A DNA stretch of 64,000 bases from Camelus dromedarius (taxonomy: Eukaryota). Below, one piece after another: positions 34,890 to 48,359 of this stretch. The translations under genes were made by a program, and so were the position numbers. The notes under the pieces were generated by a model, which was not told where the DNA came from, made no database searches, and saw nothing but the letters and a program-made list of their open reading frames with translations. The stretch is from the NCBI RefSeq assembly GCF_036321535.1, contig NC_087436.1, positions 53,818,001-53,882,000 of the forward strand, in the 5' to 3' direction. Numbering within the stretch: the first letter of the stretch is position 1; the number at the start of each line of letters is the position of its first letter.

Positions 34890-37269
34890 AAGAATTAAAC
34901 GCTGGACTTTCTTAGTGAAGAGATTGAAGCTGAGGGATTGAGAACAAATCGATTAGAAAGAAAGGGCAAGAAAACCATAAAGCTGGGGATGATGTGCTAA
35001 GTGAGGTGGAAAAGCACTGTGTTCTGCTGGCCCCCTGAGGTTCTCCGGCTTGTGTAAATTTTGCACAGGGGCAGCCTCTCAAGGATTTGCAGGAAAGTTG
35101 TGGCCTTAGGCTCTCCTGTTCCCAAGGCATGGGGGTTATCATGCAGGTTACATGTGGCAAGGGAGACAGAACCTCAGGACTGTCTTACGGATACAAACGG
35201 TGTCCCAGGCCTCACGCGTACCAGGTTGACAGGTTGTTTTAGACCCAGGGCAGCACTGGGGATGTTGTCAGTGGGAGTTTGTGACTGACTACCACTTCCT
35301 CCTTGAAACCTGCTAGGATGACTTACTGTGGGTGTAGCTAATTACCAGCATCTCTGTGTAAGTAGCACTTTTACTTAAATACGTTGTCCTCCATTGCTGC
35401 AGGGCATCAGTGTGTGTGTGTTGGGTCAGGGAGGATGGTGGAGGTTGTTGGCTGCAAGGTCATTTAGCTCAGGCCACACATTCATGAAGGGCCTCACATT
35501 TATTCCTTTAGTGCTATCTCCACATGTGTTTAAACCTTCAGTAACAGAGACAAAGTGGCAGGATTGAAAGAAGATGGCATTCATCATCCAAATTTAAATT
35601 TGTTTCTCATTAATAGACATTCTGCTTGTAGTGCCCTGTGAATTAATATGTTTTATAAATCTTGTAACTGTCTTATGAAGAGCATAATTAGTCGTAAGTG
35701 TTTGAGTGTTAGAAACGTTAACGCATTCAATGTAGGCATTAAAAGGGCTTGTCATTTCTTTATTTTTAACCTAACGGGGAGTGTTAACAGTTCAGAGTGG
35801 CTCAGTCCTCGAGTCTAAAACCGTGCTGAACCGTCTTCGCATTGGCTGTCCTGGGTCATGTGCTCACTCCTGGTCCAATCAGCTGGGAGTGGGGTGGGGC
35901 CACCACGTGATACCGAAGACTTTGCCTCCTGGGTATGTGGACCAGCCTGGGACCTTTTCCTTCAGAAAGCGCAGTGGGTGTGACAGGCTCGCGACAGAGT
36001 TGAAGTTGGGGAACCTGAGAGTCCGACTTACCCGATGGAAGAGTAAGCAGAACCCTGATTTCAAGCGTGAGATTCCAAAAGTTTTAGGCGGCTTAGCTCC
36101 TTCCTCTGCTTCTACCCTTGGAAGTTACAGATGAATGTCACCAAATTTCTTTGGAAAACAGAGGACTGTAAAACTCATTTGTGCTCTGAGATATCAAGCC
36201 ACTGCTAAAATACTTCCTTAAAAATGAAGTAATTGTTTTGGTGGCTGGCAGTTGTTTCTGTAAAATTTCAGAGTGAATGGCTCTATGAGAAAAACAGTTC
36301 GAGAAATAAGAAAAGAATAAAGAGATGCAAGGGGCCATTTAGCTGGGGAGATGAAGGCTGGAAGTGATAACTGGTTGCACTTAGGAAGGGATAAAATTAG
36401 AAAGCGGTGTGAAAATGCAGCTTGAGTCATCGATGGGGGGAACTCTGAAATGAAAATCTGGTATTTAGTATTAATAGTGACCATGCATTTTAAATTCATA
36501 AGCCTGCCTCCACCCCAACTCCCCCTTTCTCTTTATCAGCCTGTAATGATTTCTGCTGTAACCATCACCAATACCTTAGTCAGGGCTGGATTGCATCAGT
36601 CACCATTGTTGTTGTTGTTACACCAAAGCTTTTTTATTTACAATAGGGACTAGAAAGCTTTATGGGGAAGGATCGGCATGTTAACAGACGTTGAGGTAAA
36701 AGCAGTCTGGGACTTTGTTGCATTATGAGGGAAGGGATTTTGGACCTTGGTGTTTTGCAAAGGTGCATTTGGATGATTAGAGAGCACAGAATTATTTATG
36801 GGCAAAATGGTTGTAACTGCTTAACTAGCCAGTATATGTGGATTCTTGTGCCTTCACAAAATAGCTTTTCTGTGTGCTTGTTGAAACTGTAACATCCTGG
36901 ATAGGTTTTATTACAGTCACTTGTTGGACTGTCAACATATCTGGAAATAGTAGAAGAGAGTGGAGCGTAGGCAGCATTTGTAAGCCTGCTGCTTTCTGGA
37001 CAGATGGTGCTTATCAGAAATTGTTGCATTACTGTAAAATTTTCTTCAGGCTTCTTTCGTATAGAGCGATCGACTTGATATTTCAGTGCATTATTTTGGC
37101 AGGAAAATTCCAGGTTAGTACTCCTCTCCATAGGGCACCGTGCGTCTCAATCACCTGTGGAACTTAAAGGAAAATCTGGATCCTGGGCTCAGCAGAGAGC
37201 TGTTTGAATGAAACCTGTAGTGCTTGGTCTGTCATTGTACTTTTGATTCTCATGTCTCTTCCAGCCTCT

Positions 37270-37570
37270 GTTCCTTCAGTAAATGAATGCTGAGCTTGGT
37301 GGCTGTTACTGAGCTGGTTATAAAGTCAGGAACAAAACCAAAATGATTCTTGACTTCTTGGTGTTTACGTCTTTAAGGGAGCGGGGAGTAAGGACATAAA
37401 TACTACAGGAAGCAAATTTATAAATTGCAGTAAGTGCTGTGGAGAGAGAAACAAAACACAGGGGGCAGTGGAAGAATGACGGAAAGACACAGTTCAGGTG
37501 GGAGGGAAGGCCTCTCTGAGGACGCCCTCTGGCAGCTGTCCTGTGGGACGGAGAGGATTATTCCTGTGAG
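37270..37570 (-). mobile_element. L2 LINE fragment
   Basis: 'ttcagtaaatgaatgctgagc...taagtgctgtggagagag...ggagggaaggcctctctgagga'. Confidence 0.65.
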
Positions 37571-39049
37571 GGAGGCACTGCCTGGTGGAGCAGGCTCAGG
37601 AGGTGGAGGAGCTGAGAGGGGGGCCTTGTGGAGGGAGAGCTGGGAGGGAGAGACAGGCAGTGGTCAAGCTGTGTCTCCTCTCCATTCCCTTGGCCTTGTG
37701 GTTACAAGATGACTTGCCCGAACGTCCCCTTAAAGGCAGAGGGGTCCTTGCCAGTTAGAGCGGTGTTGCTGTGGAGGGCCGCTAAGCAAAATTCTAGGTA
37801 TCCGTTGGCTTTGTTTTGGGAGTTGTAAGTGGATTTCACTTGAGAACATTACAAGAACCGAAAGATTAGTTTAAGCAAAAGAACTTAATTGAAGGACACA
37901 TCATTGTTCTTGCAAATCCTTTGATGCCTGGCCACTGTCTTCTCACCTTTTCATTCAGTGTTCATTGTCATCTGCTTGGAATACTGGGCTGTCAGCCTTC
38001 ACCTCCAACCTGTCTTTTTGTAATGCTTGCAGCTTTCCTTTTTTTATTTTTCCCTCTTCCTTTTTTCCAGCACATGGGAGATGGGAAGGAGGGTTGCCTT
38101 AGCTTTTCTTTGAAATGGAATATACCTCAGTTTCCAATGAAGGAATGCTGATGGATTTAGTGACAGGTAGTGGGTTCTCTCCGGAACTGAGATCCCCAGA
38201 AATGTGATCTACTTTATTGATAGTAATGCCATATGCACTTTAAATTTGGGACAGTGCCCATATACCGTTGTAGAGTGTTTTTCAGCAAAAGGGCCCTGGG
38301 CGAGGGTCAAATGCACTGAAACGTTGCCCACTCTCAACGTCCAAGGCCACGGAGGTGGGTCAGCCTGGAGGAAGGAGGTACCCTTTTTTTATTTCTTATG
38401 AAAGCAACTTAGCCAACTGAGCCTATTTCCAAAATGCCCCAGAGGTGCCATAATGGCCGTTGGGGCCCTGCCTGAGAGAAACCTTAGGGGAGCTCTGGGT
38501 CCTGCCCTCCTGCTCGGGAGCGCCCTGCGCAGACCTGGTGGGGTGTGCTTAGAACCTCCTTTGGTCCTCGTTACACCACACAGGGCTGCCTTGCTTTCTC
38601 TCCTGGTATGTCACTGGTTTTGATGGACGTAGTTGTGCAGTCATTGCCTACAAATCATATTTGTAAGCATTCAGTATGTCTTAAAATATTTTCATCATCA
38701 CACGAAACTCCCCTGTTAGCTTGTCCAAAATAGTAGTAGTCTGGTATAACTCAAACTTAGTTTCCTTCTGGGCAGTGCTTTCCACCAGCGTGCAGTGCCC
38801 TGGTTGTGGTTACATCAGATTTGTTCACAGAGGCTGCCTCACACAACTTTCCAAAGCATATGCACTTGAATGATTTGCTTGATTTTTCTTAATCTTCTTA
38901 AATAACATTGAACAGGTACTTTTATCCCCAATTTATACAGGAGGAAATCCTGGAAGCTGGAAGATTAAGTGGCTTTGCCCCAAACAAATTAGGGGTTGGA
39001 GTCAGGGCTGAAGGGTGGGTTCTCTGCTTCCATGTGGAATTGCTCATGG

Positions 39050-39350
39050 TGTGGATTGATCTCCTGTTGTGACAAGGGTCCCTTCGAGTACAGTGGTCCT
39101 CAGATCCTAGTCCAGAGATGAGTGGGGAGGGCTGGAAGGGTGGCTCTGCCTTCTTCCACCCCTGGCCCAGGTGGCTACATGCGCCACCGTGTCTCAGCCA
39201 ATGGTGCGAGTGGCTTTGTCCTTAAGAAAGTGACCGAGAGTTGACTTCTCACTTTAAGTCATATCATACCACTTAGAGTCACAGGAGCTTACCTAGCTTC
39301 AAGAGAGCCTGGGAAATGTAGTCTGTGTGAGACAGGGCCACATGCCTGGT
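39050..39350 (-). mobile_element. Old MaLR LTR (MLT1) fragment
   Basis: 'acttagagtcacaggagcttacctagcttcaagagagcctgggaaatgtagtct'. Confidence 0.55.
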
Positions 39351-39366
39351 TACCAATAGGGAGACT

Positions 39367-39505
39367 GGGGGAACGGTATATAGCTCAGTGGTAGAGCGCA
39401 TGCTTAGCATGCATGAGGTCATGGATTCCATCCCCAGTACCTCTGTTATATATAAATATAATAATAATAATAAATAAGCCTAATTACCCCCCCAACCCCA
39501 ACAAA
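39367..39505 (+). mobile_element. tRNA-derived camelid SINE (vic-1 type)
   Basis: tatagctcagtggtagagcgcatgcttagcatgcatgagg...cctaattacccc; TSD caatagggagact / caataggggaact. Confidence 0.9.
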
Positions 39506-39569
39506 CAATAGGGGAACTTATTGCTAAAAGGAGCAAGAGGAGGATGCTGGGAGACTATCTCCCACATTG

Positions 39570-40335
39570 ATGTATAGTTGACTTATAATACTGTGTTAGT
39601 TTCAGGTGTACAGCACAGTGAGTCACTATTTTTGCAGATTATATTCATTATAGGTTATTACAAGATAATGGGTATAACTCCCTGTGCTATAGAGTATATC
39701 TGTGTTGCTTATCTATTTTATATATAGTAGTTTGTGTTTCTTAATCCCATAGTCCTAATTTGTCCTTCCTCTTTTTCCTCTTCCCTGTGATAACCAAAAG
39801 TTTGTTTTCTATGTCTGTGAGTCTGTTTTGCATATACATTCATTGTCTTTTTTAGATTCCAAATATAAATGATACCATGTACTGTCTTTGTCTGACTTCT
39901 TTCATTTAGCATAATACCCTCTAGAGCCATCCATGTTACTGCAAATGGCAGCATTTCAATCTTTTTTATGAATGAGTAATATTCCATTTTGTGTATATGT
40001 GTGTTTATATATGTATATGTTTTTGTTTTTTTCTGGATATATACCCAGGAGTAGAATTGCTAGATGATGTTTTTAGTTTTTTAAGGAAACTCCATACTGT
40101 TTGCCATAGAGGCTGCACTAATTTACATTCCCACCAACAATTTATAGGAGGTTCCCTTTTCTCCACACTCTATCCAGCATTTACTGTTTGTAGACTTTTT
40201 GATGATGGCTATTCTGACAGGTGTGAGATGATACCTGGTTGTGGTTTTGATTTGCATTTCTCTAATAATTAACCATGTCGAGCATCTTTTAGTGTGCCTG
40301 TTAGTTGTCTTTGGAAAAAAGTCTATTCAAGTCTT
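39570..40335 (-). mobile_element. L1 3' fragment including the ORF2 C-terminal remnant
   Basis: ORF 39718-39987(-) 'MEYYSFIKKIEMLPFAVTWMALEGIMLNE' is the typical L1 ORF2 end. Confidence 0.9.
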
Positions 40336-41640
40336 CACCCCTTCTTGATGCAGCATTAGGGTGAGTGAGGGACACTAGGTGAGTGGTTACTGATAGATAC
40401 AGATAATGAAGGCAACAGAACATTTTATGATGGTTCTACTGTAGCTTGATCAGACTCCTTTTTGTACATAGGGTTTAATGTGCTTCTTGGGGTCCAGTTC
40501 ATTCACTCAACAAATACGTGTTGAGCACTGACTCTTGGCCCGAGCAGTCCAGGAATTGACGGTACCTGTAGGACCGCCTGGGCCAGCCCTGCTCATGACC
40601 CACCAGAGAGGTCCTGCTTTTGCCGCTAATTTCGAACCCTAGACAAAGTCGGAAGTTGGCTTACCTGTCAAGTTTTACAAGAAAGGTATCTGTGACTGGT
40701 AGTACCTGAGTGGAGCTGGAGCAAGAGGGGGCCGTGCCGGCTCAGGGCGTCTGCTGTGCAGGCTGGGCTACTGGCTGCACAGTCTCTTAGCCTGCTGGTG
40801 TGGACTGAGGGCCCTCCTGCTGGCTCCACGAAGGCAGGGTGCTCACAGAGCCACAGGCATCGGTTAGCCAGCCTCTGGCTTCCCTTGTGCTGTCCTTCTG
40901 CTCAGAACCCTTCAGCGGGGGCTGGTTGTCACGCTCACTTTCCCTCGGGCTCATCTCTGTCTCCCCTGCTCTGTCCCAGGCCTGCGTTTGTGCGGGCAGG
41001 GGCCCTCTTGCCTCACTAAGGTAGGGGATCAGTTGTGCCTTGACCCTTCAGGGAAAGGGGTTTGGGGCATTAGGAACCCTCTGAACTGAGAGGTGATGGT
41101 AGCGATGGTGAACAGCTGCTGGGAGTGATGTCCTTTAACACACCCGTGAGTCAAAGGGACATCTGCACCCAGACCCCGAGAGGGATGGAACCTGGGTTGG
41201 GGGACATGTTCTTGTCCCCTGTGCCAGCTGGGTTGCTGTCTGTCCCTACTATCGCTCGGAGAACAGATTCCCTTCAAAGACCTGACTTTGTGTCTACTTG
41301 GTGATTGTTACTGAGAGGACCAGCAAAAAGGGACACGCAGAGACACATCTAATTTTTCCTTCCACATTCCAGTCACCACCTCTGCTTTGGCCCTGACTCT
41401 CTCCTGCCCGCCACTTGCCCCAGCAAAAGGGCTGGGTTGGGTATTTTTCTGCTCTAGCCCCACAGTGGAGTAACGTGGTAGCTTTAAAATATCCAGTGTC
41501 CAGCTCCCACTCCAGCAATTCTGAGTTAATTAGTTATGAATGAGGCTGGCAACAGTATTTCTTTTCTTTTTTAAGTTCTTTTCAGTTGAATTTAATGTTA
41601 CGACTGGGATTGAAAATACCGGTCTACTTAGACTATTTAT

Positions 41641-41824
41641 TGTTGGTAATGATTTTCCTCCCTCCCTCCCTTCCTTCCTGTTGGTGATGATTTTCCTTCC
41701 TTCCTTCCTCCCTCCCTCCCTCCCTCCCTCCCTCCCTTCCTGTTGGTGGTGATTTTCCTCCCTTCCTTCCTCCCTCCCTCCCTTCCTCCCTTCCTGTTGG
41801 TGGTGATTTTCCTCCCTTCCTCCC
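41641..41824. repeat. Compound minisatellite: 4 x TGTTGGTRRTGATTTTCCT separated by (CCCT/TCCT)n
   Basis: Anchors at 41641, 41679, 41741 and 41795. Confidence 0.95.
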
Positions 41825-42084
41825 ATTGTGATTTCCTAGTCTACCTTAATATGCTATATAAAACCCTCTAAATTTAAGTCCTACACAAGGGAGTGATGTA
41901 AGTCTAGATTTATGAGATACCTTGGTCAATAAAAAGAGATTCGTGTCATTTATTGGTAACTGCAATTTTATCTGGGGGAGCAGCAGAAAAGATTTTAAGT
42001 CAGTAGTGTGGAAAAGAAGAAACATTGGTCTTCGAGTACTAAGGTTTTGGATTTAGTGGAAAAAGGCCTTAAAAATTCAAATAA

Positions 42085-42175
42085 TTGTTGAATTTTATCA
42101 AGCATTTAAAGAAGAATTAACACCATTCCTTCCTAAATTCTTCCCCCAAATTCCAAACTCATTTTATGAGGCCAG
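42085..42175 (+). mobile_element. Short L1 ORF2 fragment
   Basis: Translates to EFYQAFKEELTPFL...PNSFYEAS, an L1 ORF2 motif upstream of the RT core. Confidence 0.75.
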
Positions 42176-44501
42176 CTGCATTGCTGGGCGTATTGGGTGC
42201 AGGAAGGACTCCATGTGGCTTCCTGAAGTAGAAACTGACCACCTTCCCTGCCATTCCTCTGGCAAGAAGGAACCCAGATGGGGCAAGGGGTTTGTGAACA
42301 CCTTATAAATTATGTGTTAAACATTGTGCGTGTTTGTTTGACTGTGCGTGTTTTTCTGGGGGAGAAGTCCCGTGGCTTTTAAAAATCAGAATCGTAAAGG
42401 GGTTCCACTGACTGTAAAAGGAATCAAAGGATTCCTATCACAGGTGTGTTTGTCTGTGATGGGGGAAGGGGATGTCTGTATAATGGACGAGAGAATCCTT
42501 TGAATTCAAACAGGGGTTTTTGTTTGTTTTTTCGTTCATTCACACTCTGGTAGCTTATATCTAGCTTGCTATTCCATAATGGATGAGGTTTCCAAAGTTA
42601 GACTTTTTCTGATGATTTCTCAAAAAATGCCATTTTATTGATAGCTACAGCGTATATAAACTTTATGTCAGGCATTACAAAAAAATTTTTTAAACTGTAC
42701 TCTAATTATGGGCAAAAAGTAAGGAAGTTTATAACAAAATGTAAATATAGACAATAGGACTAATAAAATACAAATAAATGATAAAAACCACTTAGAAGAA
42801 GGGGGAAGTAATTATATCAAATAACATAGGTTGGTGAAGTTACTGTAAATGAGCATTACATTTAAATCTGAGCTTCCTGCAAACTAAAGTAAAAACAGAA
42901 ACATAGTGGGTATTAGAATTCTTTCTTAATGAAAGAAAGCAAATTATTTCAGTAGGTGACATACTGTCTGTGGCTAACGTCTAAGATTTCATCGCTTGTC
43001 TCCATGTAGGGGCCATCCTCTGCGCTTCTGCCAAACACATGGAGATGCTTTTCCTTCTACGTCACCAGTTGTTTTATAGGGGAAGTCTTTGCGTGGGATA
43101 CTAGCTAGTGGGGTCCCAGTGTGTGTGGGTCTTTGAGTTTTCTCTCCCCTCTTTCTGAAAACTTAGTTGTCTTAGCTGCCAGCAGTTGTAATAGCTAACG
43201 ACGCAAGATTATATCCTGGGACTGCCCGGGGCTTGGATAATGAGGAAGGCCGTAGTGTGCTTTCCTCAGGACCCACCCGCAGCAGTGATGATTTTCTGCT
43301 GTGGGAATTGAGAACCCTGGAACATCAGGAAGCTGCGCTGCAGGAAGGCCCTTTACTGCTCAGTCTGGCCCTTGTCCCTTACGAAGAACTGTTTCTTTCA
43401 CCTGCTTGTGGAGCACATTCACTTCATGACTGTGCATAAATGCCCCTTTAGTTTGGAATGTAAATCACAGTAAAGCCTCTTTAGAATCAAATTATATTTC
43501 TTTACCGAACTGCAAGGTTTTCTGCTCTTTTTCCTCCTCAAAAAAGTTATAAAAATTCAGGAATAGAGACGGCTTTTATTGAATTCCTCATTTCTTTCTG
43601 TATGTGTTCAGCAGTTGTATAAACTTTCTCACTTAAGCCATAACTAATAATAGCTTTTATGTTGTTCTGGAAAATTAAAAACAAAGTTTCCAAATACATA
43701 AATACTTCAAAATATATTTTCTTGGTAGTAGTGTTTGCTCTGGGGAGAGGGTAGAGAATGAGGTAGGGAGAAGAAAATATTTAAATACTTAGATAGCGTT
43801 TAAGAATTCTGTCTCCATTAGGATTTTATCCAGAAATAGTGTGCGATGCAGACAGATTTCCTTATCTTCCTGGAGTAGTTCATGGGGAGAACCTCATATT
43901 GCTTTGGAAGGTTTTGTCGTCTGAGTGTTTTGTGTTTGTCCTATTTTCTTTTGAAAAGTACACATCCGAGCATGAACCTTTCAGAATTGGGGGGGAAGCT
44001 AGAATTGTACGTGACCAGTTGCTTTGTGTAGCAAAGACTGTTTCAAGGGTGCAGGTAATCTGCAGAAATAAAATCAAACTTGTTTTGGTCTGTTGCTGCA
44101 TCACATGAAAATGGTTCAGTAGATTTTCACTTGATTTGGAGAGTATATTTAGGGTGTTCTGATGTAAAATGTAGGCTCTTGTGATGTGCATAATTTTAGA
44201 TGGTCCTGATTGCCCAGAGCAGCTGAGAGGGCTGTACAAAGAGACATGTTTAATTGCCCTCTGGGAGAGATGTACCATAGGCATAAAAATGCCGCCGACA
44301 GAGACAACCCACAGTGTTTCACTGCAAGCCCCACATCGGGTCACCAGGGCACACTCTGCATTCCAGGGGCAGAGGTACAGTTGAGCTGCTGCTTAGGAGG
44401 GCACCTCCGTGAAGGCTGCACAACAGAGGAGCTGGAAGGTGTGCATTTCACAGTGGGGCATGGTTTTCCTGAGCAGCCCTGGGTAGGCAGCTAAGATGTA
44501 G

Positions 44502-44503
<2 letters not shown>

Positions 44504-44549
<46 letters not shown>

Positions 44550-44550
44550 A
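44504..44550. repeat. (AC)n microsatellite, about 20 units plus a TACACA tail
   Basis: Read directly. Confidence 0.95.
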
Positions 44551-44574
44551 TTAACTTAAAATGGGTGAATTTTA

Positions 44575-44771
44575 TTTTATTTTATTTTATTTTATTTTGC
44601 AGTTTTTTAATTGAAGTATAATCATTATACAATGTTGTATTAATTTCTGGTGTGCAGTGTAGTGATTCAGTTAAACGTACATATATATTCCTTTTCATAG
44701 TCTTTTTCGTTATAGGCTATGACAAGCTATTGCATATAGTTCCCTGTGCTATACTGTAGGACCTTGTTTAA
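44575..44771 (-). mobile_element. 5'-truncated L1 with (TTTTA)n tail
   Basis: Perfect 17-bp TSD aaaatgggtgaatttta at 44558-44574 / 44772-44788. Confidence 0.9.
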
Positions 44772-44874
44772 AAAATGGGTGAATTTTAAATACACACATG
44801 CGCATCTCTATTGGTAGACTGTTTAGAAGTCATTGAAAATTGGTTCTTCCTATGGTTACTCACAGGGATGGAGT

Positions 44875-45018
44875 GCAGTACTGTGGTACTACACCATCCG
44901 CGGGTGATTGAATCCGCGGATAAGGGGAACCGCGGATATAGAGAGCTGACACGGGCTTTTTTGACTCCACAGAGGGTCGGCTCAACTAACCCCAACCTTG
45001 CCCAAGGCTCAGCTGTAT
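44875..45018 (-). mobile_element. TcMar-Tigger MITE, MER8-like (partial)
   Basis: Reverse complement reads cagctgagccttg...ggggttag...ccgaccctc...atccgcggttcc...atccgcggattcaatcacccgcggat..tgtagtac. Confidence 0.75.
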
Positions 45019-45804
45019 TGAGGGAGATTAGCAGTTACGGGCTGAGCCATTTAAAGGCTGTATAAACACAAGGCATTTAAAGTTAGCCTTATAAATGAAC
45101 TACAGTCTCCTGTAGAATATTTTGCTTAAACATTGTATACCTGTTGTCTTCTGGGCATTCTTTGGGCTAAAGGCTCAGGAGAGTCACACAGGAGAGCCCA
45201 GTGAAAGCGGCTCCCGTGGGAAGACGCAGGTGGGCAGAGGGACCTTTCCGCTCTTCTCACCTGCAGCGGTTGTATTCTGGGGGCTCTGTCCACAGACTGG
45301 TCCCGGTACCAGCTCTGGAAGGGTGATGATGCCACATCTTTTTTGGTGAATTAACTCACGCCTCCAATACTAAACTTTAGCCAAGCCGTTGCTCGATTAT
45401 TGACATATTTTTCCCTGAGATGCTGATAATCCAGTTACTGCTTCAGGGTTACTTAAAATGTTTGTTTGACTCTCTCAAGCCTCAGGGTTTATGATGATGT
45501 CAGTAGACCACCAGACTTTGTGAAACAGTTCTTTGATTTAACAACAACAAAAAATTACCAAAAAAGAAAACCCCAGAAGGAAGGAGCATGAAGAAGCATA
45601 AGTAATAACCTGCTCTTAATTGTTAAATCAAGAACTGTCTTCTTTTGTGGGAATAGTTATTTAAAATATTTAACAGATTACATAATATGTAAAATGTGGA
45701 GCAAATGGAGCATGAATTCAGTTTTGGATCTGCTGAGTTTGCCGAGTCTGGTAGCAGTTGAATACGTAAGGGTACGTCTAAGTGGGAGAGAGGGTTGAGG
45801 AGGC

Positions 45805-45960
45805 TAGTTAGGTGTCTCTGGGCAAACTGCTTCATGTATTTGAGCCTTAGTTTCCACGGTTTGTGCAAAAGGCATGAAACCTGCTTTTTAAGGTGGTATT
45901 AGAGATGAAATGAAGAGTCCTCTAAAGAGTACTAGGAACATAATATGTGCTCAAGAGATA
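45805..45960 (+). mobile_element. MIR SINE fragment
   Basis: 'tgggcaaactgcttc...tgagccttagtttcc...actaggaacataatatgtgctcaa'. Confidence 0.6.
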
Positions 45961-46089
45961 CTCTTTTCCATTTCCCTTCTCTCTGGGTTTTGAGGATAGT
46001 TGTAAAACTTTTTTACACGTTTGGAAGCACATCTTTCCCTCAATGTAAGCCTCCTGGGCTTGTCCCAGTTTGTTCACCTGTCTTGAAAA

Positions 46090-46127
46090 TTGGGACCTCA
46101 GACGACATTTGGAACCTCAGATGACAT
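46090..46127. repeat. 19-bp tandem duplication (2 mismatches)
   Basis: ttgggacctcagacgacat / ttggaacctcagatgacat. Confidence 0.9.
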
Positions 46128-48359
46128 ATGCTATTCGAGTACGAATCCCACTGCCTGGATTATGGTAGGGCGGTGACTTCACAGTCCTTCCATGCCTTCT
46201 TCCTGTTGCTCTGGCTCATGTCATGTTAGCTGTCTTATAAGTCGATTCATTGCTGATCCATCTCAGCTCTTCAGTTCCAGAGTGACATGGTGTCCAAGAA
46301 GCATTGACTGTTGTGTTGATGAGATGTTGGAATGATTTTCAGGGTAAGAATCTGCTTAGCATTACAAAACATTCATTTTTGTGGAAAGAAATCTTGAGCA
46401 AGCCTAGGAATTGACTAAAGTAACTTTTTTTGTTTCGTGTTAAGCAGAGCGCACATTTGAAGTTCGTGTGACTGGTGATGGGGAGAGTTATTATATGAAC
46501 CCGAGCTTTGGCCTCGTCTTCTGGAGTGACAGTAGTGAGCTTGCGTCGTGTGGCAGCACCACCTACTCGCAGAGCACCCGGAGCTCACTGCAGTGCTGGG
46601 TGATGGAAAGTGCTGATATGCCCTCTCTCTCTTCATCCTGGCTCACCCTATTTTCATACAGTTCCCAAGGCTAAGTAAGCATCAATCAGGGACAAGGAAA
46701 TGGCAGGCGAACTGAGTGGTAGTTCAAAAGGACCAAATTGTTCCCGAAATTCAAGAAAGTAATTGTTTCTCAAGTGCCTATTAAGATTGAGCTGCCTTAG
46801 AGTCTGCACAACTCAGAAGTGATTAGCGGGGCTTTGTGGCTTTTCTATTCTCTGATGGCTGGAGCTGGTTTCAAGCTCCAGAGCAAGTAGCAGGGGAGGG
46901 AGATAAGAGATGCTGAGGAGCCAGGGTGGCACTGGTTGTCATTCCACTACGAGGGAGAGCTGTGTCTGTGACCTGCCGCGGGGTCGTTACACTGGACTCT
47001 TGTGCGGTACGGTAACTTTACATGATTTCACTGAAAGAGTTCGATCCCCATTGAAAGTGTGTGTTCCACTAGAACTCTTAAGACAGTCGCATAAGCCACA
47101 AGTGGTTTATCCATTTCCTGGCTGATATCTAAGTTCTCTGGGTAACTTTACTCATGAGAGTTGAGATAGTAGAAGACAAAATCCAGTGGCAGTGATGTAT
47201 CAAGGCACCGGTTCTCTTTTTCTTCCCTGCCCTAGTGCAAGGTGGCTAGCTCATCATGGTTTTAGGCTTGCTGTCTACCGACAGCAGACTTGTTTTGATA
47301 ATAAAATTGCTTTTAGGCTTGAGTTTCTGAAATCCGATCTTTTGTAATAGGCCTTGAGGAACATCATGAAAACATGTGATGTTAATGATGTGGCTGGGGT
47401 ATTCTTCAGCAAGGTGTGTGTGTATTTGTTGCTAGGGTTGAGAAGGCCATAGTACCAGCAAAGTGCCTGGCAGGGTGAAGTCGAAAGGAGCTAGTAGGCA
47501 AAATGATTGTTGAAGATCTGATTCTAGCATAGATGGCAACATCCAGCTTACAAATGATAGATATCCTATTGCCACCGCCATGCTGGCCATTACTATGGGT
47601 TCTGATGTACAAAGAACCTGAGACTTTTTGGAGAATTTGTGAATTCAGAGGTATAGAAGAAGGAAAGAAACTGTGAAAAATGGAAATAACTTTGGTAGAC
47701 AGAGACTGTCACAAGGCAGGTCTAGCTTACAAACACAGTGAACTTTCTATCCTAAAATGAGAAAGTAAATCTTCTCCTGCCTTACCTTAGACACCCACCT
47801 TTCATTATTTCACTCTACTTGATTGCACGGCTGTATGTCATACACGTTAGGGACTCGTGTGGCATAAGAGCACTATTGTGAATTATAGAGACAGTCATTT
47901 CTTTAACCTTTATTTGAACATCTTCATTTAAGGGTTACCAGTCCTTCATCCGAAGGTGCTTTTAATCCGATTGCCTTCCTGATTCCTAAACTTGAACAGT
48001 AAAACAGAGGCAGAAGTTTTGATTTGTAGGAGAGGAAGGGGAGGGAAAGAATCGTAGCTTTAGGAAATGGAACACTTTGGAAGAGAGACAGGCTAGTTCT
48101 GTCGCTTCCTCAGGGATTTGGAATAAGGTTAGTGTGAGGGCTGTGAGCACCGAGGCATCTGTGGAGACTAGGGGAGTGAAGGAGAGGTGCATAAGTGGGG
48201 CTTTGTCAAAAAATTTTGAAATGGGCAAAGTGTTTCTAGTTTTGCCAATAGAAAGATGGCACAGGCTTTTTTTTTTAAAACCATCCCAGTAGTGATAATA
48301 TCAGGCCCACAGCAGACTGAAAAGACATTTGTGGGTCAGCTTTTAAACTTTAGCATTAA

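Noticed and set aside
41641..41824. CRISPR-like repeat-spacer pattern
   Set aside because: Mammalian DNA, low-complexity spacers of uneven length, non-palindromic repeat, no cas genes.
43880..44344. 154-aa minus-strand ORF, and the 152-aa ORF at 62643-63101
   Set aside because: No domain similarity, codon bias or convincing splice context.
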